From a virus: 64,000 nucleotides of DNA. How positions within the stretch are numbered: the stretch's first letter is position 1; every line of letters begins with the position of its first letter. Shown piece after piece: positions 56,747-64,000 of this stretch. A program made the translations under genes and the position numbers. Location: the IMG/VR virus record IMGVR_UViG_3300022225_001767; one strand, 5' to 3'. The notes under the pieces are model-generated. The model ran no database searches and was not told the origin of the DNA. It was given only the letters and a program-made list of their open reading frames with translations.

Positions 56747-57238
56747 ATGAAATATGTTATCTGCTCTACTCTCGCAACAATGCTTGCAATCACGCCTATG
56801 CTAACCCATGCAAAGAAACCTCCCGCTGTGCTGCCTATCATCGACACGCTTGGAGGTATAACGTTGGGTAAAGTCAACCCTGATGCGCGAGGATGGGTGA
56901 TGACCCCTGAAAATAACGGCGGCGTCCGTTACCAACAGGTTCCTCAGCGTTTCACTAGTGATGAAGAATATCACATTGTGCTTGCAGAATACCTCACTGA
57001 CGATAGCGATATTGCTGTTGAGTCTAGTATTACTGTGACGTTTTCGTCTACAACATATTGTCAATCTGAATTCTCAGCACTATACCGCCGCTACGCTAAA
57101 GTGCACAACGAGTCGCTCGCCCCAAAAAACTCAGAGACGACTTGGATTACATCTACCGACCATGTGTTGACATGGCGAGAGCATTGCGGCGATGAGACCC
57201 CCACGTTCTCTATGACGCTATCAAAAAACCCGCAATAA
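56747..57238 (+). CDS. Secreted hypothetical protein
   Basis: AAGGA RBS, signal peptide. Confidence 0.7.
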   Translation: MKYVICSTLATMLAITPMLTHAKKPPAVLPIIDTLGGITLGKVNPDARGWVMTPENNGGVRYQQVPQRFTSDEEYHIVLAEYLTDDSDIAVESSITVTFSSTTYCQSEFSALYRRYAKVHNESLAPKNSETTWITSTDHVLTWREHCGDETPTFSMTLSKNPQ

Positions 57239-57247
57239 GCGGGTTTT
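57223..57247. terminator. Bidirectional terminator
   Basis: AAAACCCGC-AATAA-GCGGGTTTT. Confidence 0.8.
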
Positions 57248-57269
57248 GTTTATCACGTAAAGCGCGTTC

Positions 57270-58439
57270 TTAATTTGCGTTGAACAAATCTCGACTATAG
57301 ACCTTATCTAACACATCACTGATTTCGTCCGTTACTCGGTTGGCAACAATCACATCAGATTGCGCCTTAAACACGGCCAGGTCATTTACCACGCGCGAAT
57401 TATAGAAGCTTTCTTCCTCCAACACAGGCTCATAGACAATCACTTCAATGCCTTTAGCCTTTATGCGCTTCATTATCCCCTGGATGGCGCTTGCTCGGAA
57501 ATTGTCCGACCCTGATTTCATGATAAGTCTATACACACCAACTACTCTGGGGGCACGACTTACAATTGAATCTGCAACAAAATCCTTACGGGTCCGATTT
57601 GCCTCCACAATGGCCTGAATCATGTTGTTAGGCACATCGCTGTAATTGGCCAACAGCTGTTTGGTATCTTTAGGCAGGCAATACCCGCCGTAACCGAAAC
57701 TCGGGTTGTTATAATGCTTGCCAATACGCGGGTCAAGCCCCACACCTTCGATGATCTGCTTTGTGTCTAATTGATTGCGTTCTGCGTAGCTGTCTAATTC
57801 ATTGAAGTAGGCTACCCGCATTGCCAAGTAGGTGTTAGCAAAAAGCTTAATAGCCTCTGCCTCTGTATTGTCAGTAAAGAGCACGTCGACATTTTGTTTT
57901 ACAGCACCTTGCTGTAGCAACCCCGCGAACACGGCAGCTCTCTCACTGCGCTCACCGACGATGATCCTACTTGGATGAAGATTGTCATACAGCGCACTCC
58001 CTTCACGTAAAAACTCAGGAGAGAAAATGAGGTTTTGGGTATTAAATCGCTCCCTTGCGTGCCTGGTAAAGCCAACGGGGACCGTTGACTTGATGATCAT
58101 TGTCGCATCAGGGTTAACAGCCATCACATCGTTGATAACGGCATCGACGCTGCTTGTATCAAAGTAATTGGTTGTCGGGTCATAATCCGTTGGCGTCGCA
58201 ATGATAACAAAATCGGCATCTTTGTAAGCGGATTTTGCATCGAGCGTGGCCTCAAAATGCAACGACTCTCTTTTTAGAAACGCACTAATCTCTTTATCTT
58301 CGATAGGCGACGTCTTTTGATTAAGCAATTCAACTTTACTGGCAACAATATCTACTGCTGTTACTACATTGTGCTGCGCGAGCAACATGGCGTTAGACAA
58401 CCCCACATAACCCGTACCTGCAACAGCGATATTAAACAT
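57270..58439 (-). CDS. ugd: UDP-glucose 6-dehydrogenase
   Basis: [57 protein letters not shown]. Confidence 0.95.
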   Translation of the reverse strand: MFNIAVAGTGYVGLSNAMLLAQHNVVTAVDIVASKVELLNQKTSPIEDKEISAFLKRESLHFEATLDAKSAYKDADFVIIATPTDYDPTTNYFDTSSVDAVINDVMAVNPDATMIIKSTVPVGFTRHARERFNTQNLIFSPEFLREGSALYDNLHPSRIIVGERSERAAVFAGLLQQGAVKQNVDVLFTDNTEAEAIKLFANTYLAMRVAYFNELDSYAERNQLDTKQIIEGVGLDPRIGKHYNNPSFGYGGYCLPKDTKQLLANYSDVPNNMIQAIVEANRTRKDFVADSIVSRAPRVVGVYRLIMKSGSDNFRASAIQGIMKRIKAKGIEVIVYEPVLEEESFYNSRVVNDLAVFKAQSDVIVANRVTDEISDVLDKVYSRDLFNAN

Positions 58440-58507
58440 ACCATCTTTACCACTCGGTAGGGTTTCAGATACCCTACCACAGCTTACATTTCCTTTTGTA
58501 TTCGTAC

Positions 58508-59005
58508 TCACTCTTCACCCTTTTGTTGATTATCCGCAGACTGCGATTTTTGTTCACACGCGGCATTATATGCCTCATTAATCACGTTTGCTCGCCATTT
58601 CTCGGCTTTTTCTGTTAACGATTGGATATCTTTTGCGTATATCCATGTCGATGTATATCTTCCCCAGGAGTAACCATAGCTGTGTCTATCGAGCTCGTCA
58701 GAGTTTAGCTTGGTCATAAAATCATTTGGCAGCGGCGTTTCCACTTGCGCCAACACACCACACACATTCATTTCGTTGGCAATAAGATAAATCAACTCAC
58801 TAGTGTCATCGTAGTCTTCGACACCTTTCACCCCCATTTGATCTAATGCAGGCTTTATTTCGTCAATGTCATACAACGCGTCTTTTAAAGACTGCGGCGC
58901 CGTTTCTTCGGAGGTCACTAAATCCATAATTATAACGTTACTGAACCGCAATTCACTTTCAAATAACGTTTCTCTGTTAACATTGAAACCTGTTTGTGTT
59001 GACAT
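58508..59005 (-). CDS. Hypothetical acidic protein
   Basis: Promoter TTGATT-17-TAGATT-6-GTCAAAAC; an exact GTCAACAC overlaps its start codon. Confidence 0.7.
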   Translation of the reverse strand: MSTQTGFNVNRETLFESELRFSNVIIMDLVTSEETAPQSLKDALYDIDEIKPALDQMGVKGVEDYDDTSELIYLIANEMNVCGVLAQVETPLPNDFMTKLNSDELDRHSYGYSWGRYTSTWIYAKDIQSLTEKAEKWRANVINEAYNAACEQKSQSADNQQKGEE

Positions 59006-59201
59006 TATTCACCTATTTAAGTTTGTTGTTTTGACGTGTCTAATCTACTACAAACATAACCTTTAATCAAATTTAAATTGATATTCACACCTCCTTCTGA
59101 TGTTGTTAAAAAAGAAAAAGCGGCACACAACGGCAGCGTAAAAGAACGTGCCGAATGTCGAACTTACCATACCCAAACTTATCTTGCTTAACTCATGAGT
59201 C

Positions 59202-59245
59202 TTGACAACCCTCTTAACTTTTGGGACAATACTTCATGTCAACAC
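59202..59245 (+). promoter_or_regulatory. sigma70 promoter with GTCAACAC leader motif
   Basis: TTGACA-17-GACAAT-7-GTCAACAC(59238-59245). Confidence 0.75.
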
Positions 59246-59293
59246 AATGCACTTTCGTTATCCACACGAGAGCGCTCGAAAAGAGGAACGCTA

Positions 59294-59650
59294 ATGTCTA
59301 TCGATACTACATACCCTGCTGATGTCCAACGTGATTTGGATGACGGCTTTTTCCTTACTGACCCAGACACCGGCTTTCAGCGTGCAAAGCGGATAGAGGG
59401 CTCGTTGGCGTGGATCTTCAAGACGGGCTACGAGGGATATGGTGCCATTGTTGAGGGGAACGATATAGATGTTGGTGAAACGGTCGCCGAGGTTAACTTT
59501 AGCCACCTAAACGCTGATGAAATCAGCGACACGGCCGAATCATTTTACGAGTCTGAAAAAGCACTGATGGATGAGTGTCGTAATGATATTGAAGAATTTG
59601 CTTTTTTAATCTGCGAGGCTTACTACGAAATTAACTTCGAGGGCCAATAA
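59294..59650 (+). CDS. Hypothetical acidic protein
   Basis: AGAGG RBS. Confidence 0.65.
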   Translation: MSIDTTYPADVQRDLDDGFFLTDPDTGFQRAKRIEGSLAWIFKTGYEGYGAIVEGNDIDVGETVAEVNFSHLNADEISDTAESFYESEKALMDECRNDIEEFAFLICEAYYEINFEGQ

Positions 59651-59907
59651 TGGAATATAACACCTATGATGATTTAGTCACTGCCCTCGCCAGGACTAAT
59701 GATGATATTGAGAAAACGCAAGGTGCATCAAAGCGCACCCACCTCATCGATGAGAAGCGCGCTATTGTCTCCGCTATGGAGACATACCCTCTTGCGGATG
59801 ACGACCTCTTTCGTTGTGAGAGATGTCAACAAGTGTTTGATATTGAAGAGTCAATAAAAGACGACCATCAACTCACTTGTTCGCTCTGTCACTCAGACAA
59901 TCAATAA
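59650..59907 (+). CDS. Small protein with C-terminal CxxC...CxxC
   Basis: CERC...CSLC; TAATG overlap. Confidence 0.6.
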   Translation: MEYNTYDDLVTALARTNDDIEKTQGASKRTHLIDEKRAIVSAMETYPLADDDLFRCERCQQVFDIEESIKDDHQLTCSLCHSDNQ

Positions 59908-59924
59908 TTTATATGAGGTACTTT

Positions 59925-60215
59925 ATGAACACAACCCCAGATAAACTTGACTCAGGCAAAGCGATGGCCGATGCTGCGCGTATCGAAGCAGAAAAGATCA
60001 ATCCTAATCTCAGCGATAGCTGGATGGCGTATGATTTCAGACATGTCGCTAATGGCATCATGGCAATAGGTTCGGATACACGTCCATTAAAGTCAGGCCC
60101 CAATAAAGGTATGCCCACGGCGCTTAACACCAACCGGTTAGAGGTATTTATTAGCCGTGAAATGATTGATGCGCAGCTCGAAAAACAGCAATCAGATGAC
60201 AGCGTGTCAGTGTAA
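59925..60215 (+). CDS. Hypothetical protein
   Basis: GAGG RBS. Confidence 0.6.
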   Translation: MNTTPDKLDSGKAMADAARIEAEKINPNLSDSWMAYDFRHVANGIMAIGSDTRPLKSGPNKGMPTALNTNRLEVFISREMIDAQLEKQQSDDSVSV

Positions 60216-60280
60216 TTGTGATATTATCTGATACGTAGATAAATCAATGCAAAAACATTAAGAAGACACAATTTCGTATT

Positions 60281-60661
60281 ATGATAGGATATACATTTAA
60301 ACTCTGCGCCATCTTACTCTTTGCAGTAGGGTGCACGCGGCTCTTTAAGGGCTTAGTAACATCACCCCCCTTTGGACTTCGCGTTAAATGGAAATGGCTT
60401 TCTCACCTTATTGATGTCGTCTTTTTTGGGAGCGTGCTAGGCGCTGTGCTTCTCGCGTTTAAATGGGAGCCTATTTACTCGGCAATCATCGCTGCCACCG
60501 CCATATTCACCATGCGCGTTGCCTATAAGATGGTCGATCATGACAATGAGGCATCTGGCTTTGTTCGCTGGGGCGCTTTTTCACTGATGACATTTGCGCT
60601 ATCTTTCGTCATCGCACTCATTTTCACCTACGGCATTAGATGGGTAGACTTACCTTACTAA
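60281..60661 (+). CDS. Membrane protein
   Basis: About four TM segments. Confidence 0.6.
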   Translation: MIGYTFKLCAILLFAVGCTRLFKGLVTSPPFGLRVKWKWLSHLIDVVFFGSVLGAVLLAFKWEPIYSAIIAATAIFTMRVAYKMVDHDNEASGFVRWGAFSLMTFALSFVIALIFTYGIRWVDLPY

Positions 60662-60693
60662 TACTCAAAACAAACAACTCAAAGGTAAAAAAT

Positions 60694-61014
60694 ATGCTTC
60701 AACGCGCCATTTACATATACACTAAAGGCAAACGCCCCGAGACGCGCTTATGCCACGCGCCTAACCTTCTGACTAAATCAGCGCTGGATGATACCACATC
60801 TGTCAACTGTAAAGCGGTTGCCGACTTCGAATCTGAAACTTTAATGAGTGACGTTAACTTAACGCTAAACTCAGAGTGGAAGTACATAAATACCGAGTAT
60901 TTCCTGAATCGCTGGGTTCATCACTACTGCAAAGTGCTGGACAACGTACCTGTTGAACACCTATGGGTCGAGGCGCAAGATATTGATAAAATTATCGCTC
61001 GACAGGTCTCATGA
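60694..61014 (+). CDS. Hypothetical protein
   Basis: AAGG RBS. Confidence 0.55.
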   Translation: MLQRAIYIYTKGKRPETRLCHAPNLLTKSALDDTTSVNCKAVADFESETLMSDVNLTLNSEWKYINTEYFLNRWVHHYCKVLDNVPVEHLWVEAQDIDKIIARQVS

Positions 61015-61022
61015 TGTGACAC

Positions 61023-61613
61023 ATGATTACGGACAGCAAGGAAACTATGATGGATGTAATAACAGAAAATGATATTCAGCAATTCCCCCCGCATGCCGCA
61101 GGACGAAATGCGCTTTTTCTCGCATTAGAAAAAGCCGCTTTTTTTCTGCGCGATGCAGAAGGAAGCATCTTGCGGGTCGCACTATCAACCCCCTTTGATG
61201 AAGAAAAGAAAACCCACAGCGTTTACATTATTGATCGCGGGGTTGAATTTCGTCAAGGCGACTTCACTGCCTCCCTCTTTGTCCCGCAAATGGATGTTGA
61301 AACGACGTTACTTCGTGCTTCGATTAATGATGAAGCATTACAAAGCTCACCTTGTCACGCTTACGTCCACAGTTACAACATGGTAATTTGCCAATTTTTA
61401 AACGCAAAATACATGTTTAAGGTGAACTACCAACCTGATATTACGAGCGCGTGGCTGGAATTAACCTTGACGCGTTATTTATGTGAAGGAAGAACATGGG
61501 CGCTTAATGTCGATGATCACACAACTCGGCCTGATGTTCCTCGCGCCGTTAAAGTAATGTGCAAAATGGCCTATCATGAGCACATCAAACGCATGCTGTC
61601 GATGACAAACTAA
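61023..61613 (+). CDS. Hypothetical protein
   Basis: 196-aa ORF. Confidence 0.6.
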   Translation: MITDSKETMMDVITENDIQQFPPHAAGRNALFLALEKAAFFLRDAEGSILRVALSTPFDEEKKTHSVYIIDRGVEFRQGDFTASLFVPQMDVETTLLRASINDEALQSSPCHAYVHSYNMVICQFLNAKYMFKVNYQPDITSAWLELTLTRYLCEGRTWALNVDDHTTRPDVPRAVKVMCKMAYHEHIKRMLSMTN

Positions 61614-61665
61614 GGCATGCTACTTGCTTTTCAGGCTAGAGCAAAACAACAGAAAAAGGAATGTT

Positions 61666-62124
61666 ATGTTTCATTATTATATCGAGGCGCTATCTAAATA
61701 TTTCACTTTCTCTGGGCGTTCCAGGAGAAAAGAATACTGGTCCTTCATGGCCGTAAACTTCATCTTTGGCTTAGTGATTGGTTTCTTAGATGCCCTTACG
61801 GGCGTAACCGCCTTAGGGTATATTGCGGTGGGATATCAGCTGTTGATCTTAATCCCCAGCATCACCCTCTTCGTAAGACGCCTTCACGACACCGGCCGTT
61901 CAGGATGGCATTTTTTCATCCCGCTGGGTTTGTCTGTAATGATGCTAGGCATAACAGGCTTTGCCTACTACGCAAGCACATCCTTTGACCAAGGTGTTTA
62001 CTGGTCCGGACTTTATATCGTGAGTGTCGCACTTTATATTGCCGCCTTGTGTTACCCTATTTACATTGGCGTCATTGACTCCAAGGACACTAATCGGTGG
62101 GGAGCGCCGGCCAACCAATTCTAA
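61666..62124 (+). CDS. DUF805 (YhaH/YhaI-like) membrane protein
   Basis: KYFTFSGRSRRKEYW...VRRLHDTGRSGW...N.WG. Confidence 0.9.
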   Translation: MFHYYIEALSKYFTFSGRSRRKEYWSFMAVNFIFGLVIGFLDALTGVTALGYIAVGYQLLILIPSITLFVRRLHDTGRSGWHFFIPLGLSVMMLGITGFAYYASTSFDQGVYWSGLYIVSVALYIAALCYPIYIGVIDSKDTNRWGAPANQF

Positions 62125-62153
62125 TCCATTAAAATCACATCCATGTGATATCA

Positions 62154-62182
62154 TAAAGCCATGAAAAAAAGGTCATGGCTTT
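62154..62182. terminator. Inverted repeat, terminator-like
   Basis: AAAGCCATGA-N8-TCATGGCTTT. Confidence 0.45.
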
Positions 62183-64000
62183 ATGAAAACCCTCTCCAAC
62201 AAAATCATTACTTCTGCACTCATCGCCAGTATGTTGCTGCCCAATGCAGCTGTCGCCTCCATGCATGAGCCTACAACGATGGACAACCTTGATGAGATTG
62301 TCACGATGGCTCAATCACATAGCGAAGGTGTGCCCACACCTTACGCTGACATTAGCAACCCAGGCAAAAAGCTCACCACCGCTGATATTGAAAAAAACAA
62401 CGGCGGGGTATTTATCGACTCCAGGCTTCCTAAAAACGAGTGGCTCTCTAATGTCATTGTCGTCCACCAAAATGAACACATTGGAAATTTGGACGTAACC
62501 AGCTATAAAGAAAATATCCCCTCCCTATTTTCTGATTACCCAGGATGGGACGTTATGTCAAATGACAAAGTTACTCTGGGTAAAGCCTCTTTGCAGCTAA
62601 GCTCTATGCTAAAAAAATCTCTCGACAACGATATAGACATGTCAGCTGATACAATGAAAAATCACAAGAGCCAGATTGTAAACGCAATGGTATCAAAGTC
62701 TCGCATTACGGCAAAATGGACAGCGGAACAGATATCACAAATGCCAACTAAAGATGGAAACGTGGTTAACATTAATGAGGACAAAAGCATCACCGTTAAT
62801 GAGCTTCTAAATTTCACCTCACCAGAGCACTACGAAGGCGTTGCGCGTTATCTTCGTGCAGGCTGGTTAATCCATGAGATAGGACACAGTGATCCTCACC
62901 AAGATGACATCCATGACGGTCTTGTTCACTCCACTATAGATGGAACGTCCTCCTACCAAGCGATGAGCATGGGTCTCATCAACCAAGAGGTCCATAGTGA
63001 TGCACAAATGCTGCTTGCTGTACAAACAACAATGCTTAAAAATAATGAGCCTAGCACGCTTATTGATGCTTATTTTGATACCATTGTTCGTATGAGAGAG
63101 TCCAATATTGCCAAGTATAACCTTGACCAAATAAAATCAACCTCCTATGCGCTACCCATAGAGGTAGACATATCTACCCATGACATCACATTGGAAGACC
63201 CCTCCATGCGAGGTGCTGATGCAGCCCTGCTCACCAGGCCTAATCATGATACAACACTAGGGCTGTATGCTATCAAAAGTCTACTGGACGCAAATCCAGA
63301 GCAGGCGAAGAAATGGGATGATGCCATGCGGGACAATGTTATGTCTGCGTTCGTACATGCGTTAGACGATTCTGATGTTGTGCAGGACATTATCAAGAGT
63401 GAGCGCGAACTCACGTTTTTCTCGAAAATGAACAATGCTGAGTTTACCGCTACAGCACTTGCTATTTCGAAGTCCATGGCAGCGACGCTGCACTTAAACG
63501 CACCCTCCGATATCTCGCTAACGGCCCCCCTCAAAAATGATGTCGAAATGCATTTAAAAAATGGTTTCAAAGAGGTTGAGGGCAGCTCTTTGTTTCACCC
63601 CCGCGCGCCGGTGAAAAATGCATTGGTTTTTGATGGCGGAGAAGGTCCTATAAAGACAGCAATGATAACGCCAACATCAGCAACAAGAAAACATGAAAGG
63701 CTTCTTATCCCCTTATCTAATAACGACGCTACTTTAGAGGAAGCAACTCGCGTTCGTAGCGCATTAGACACTAAGCTAAAGGAAAACGGCATAACAGCAA
63801 TACACATGTCGACGCCTATGGAATCAGAACATGACCCGTCATCTAGCTTACTATTGATAACACTGAGAACCCCCGAAAAAGCAAGTGTTGCGATGACGGT
63901 TGTTAGCGAATGGTTAAATGACATGTCAACATCACCATCCCCGGCTTATGAAGGGGGGCATTTTGCATTAAATAAAAGAACAGCAAGTGTGTTCGATCAT
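62183..64000 (+). CDS. Secreted HExxH metallopeptidase-like protein, runs off the window (not in the ORF track)
   Basis: Open frame MKTLSNKIITSALIASMLLPNAAVA...LIHEIGHS...NQEVHSD...; paralog of 52852-54750. Confidence 0.75.
   Translation, partial: MKTLSNKIITSALIASMLLPNAAVASMHEPTTMDNLDEIVTMAQSHSEGVPTPYADISNPGKKLTTADIEKNNGGVFIDSRLPKNEWLSNVIVVHQNEHIGNLDVTSYKENIPSLFSDYPGWDVMSNDKVTLGKASLQLSSMLKKSLDNDIDMSADTMKNHKSQIVNAMVSKSRITAKWTAEQISQMPTKDGNVVNINEDKSITVNELLNFTSPEHYEGVARYLRAGWLIHEIGHSDPHQDDIHDGLVHSTIDGTSSYQAMSMGLINQEVHSDAQMLLAVQTTMLKNNEPSTLIDAYFDTIVRMRESNIAKYNLDQIKSTSYALPIEVDISTHDITLEDPSMRGADAALLTRPNHDTTLGLYAIKSLLDANPEQAKKWDDAMRDNVMSAFVHALDDSDVVQDIIKSERELTFFSKMNNAEFTATALAISKSMAATLHLNAPSDISLTAPLKNDVEMHLKNGFKEVEGSSLFHPRAPVKNALVFDGGEGPIKTAMITPTSATRKHERLLIPLSNNDATLEEATRVRSALDTKLKENGITAIHMSTPMESEHDPSSSLLLITLRTPEKASVAMTVVSEWLNDMSTSPSPAYEGGHFALNKRTASVFDH

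Noticed and set aside
813-59245. GTCAAC as merely a GTYRAC (HincII-type) methylation site
   Set aside because: Conservation extends to AC(A), the motif is strand-oriented and it has a fixed position; methylation of the site remains testable but does not explain these features
265-63924. Many short overlapping or antisense ORFs in the track (e.g. 1221-1523, 7963-8247, 25935-26411, 36276-36764, 42704-43225, and those within 29235-35180)
   Set aside because: Shadows of longer well-supported genes, lacking RBSs or recognisable motifs
1-64000. Firm assignment as jumbo phage versus megaplasmid
   Set aside because: No capsid, terminase, rep, par or tra marker in the window; a plasmid is favoured only by the IncC-like methylases and envelope cargo

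Overview
This is a gene-dense accessory region with sigma70-type promoters. It looks like part of a very large extrachromosomal element, most likely a megaplasmid, in a marine gammaproteobacterium (Alteromonadales-like, inferred from the CsrA, PEP-CTERM-like and GlyGly-CTERM cargo). A jumbo-phage-like element cannot be excluded. I saw no rRNA, tRNA, CRISPR array, rep, tra or virion genes. Recognisable content: the thyA 3' end, three orphan C5 DNA methyltransferases (two of the IncC-plasmid Dcm type), an N4/N6 methyltransferase, csrA, a DndB-like gene and an unusually long DndC-like gene without dndDE, a solo TnpB-like RuvC protein, a PIF1-like helicase, two PcfJ fusions, a dNMP-kinase-like protein, ugd, an SLT-LysM enzyme, several secreted or surface proteins including a 1981-aa TSP1-like repeat protein, and many small hypotheticals. 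The most striking signal is non-coding. At least 15 promoters carry the octamer GTCAACAC at the predicted transcript 5' end, usually just before the ribosome-binding site. Two separate intergenic loci (about 28.2 kb and 35.4 kb) fold into RNAs of the same architecture that display the complement (AUGUGUUGAC) in a loop, preceded by an anti-Shine-Dalgarno tract. This suggests an element-wide, sRNA-controlled regulon covering DNA-modification, helicase and phage-like 'establishment' genes. That model is inference and needs RNA data. All product calls come from motifs I recognised by eye; no database search was run.
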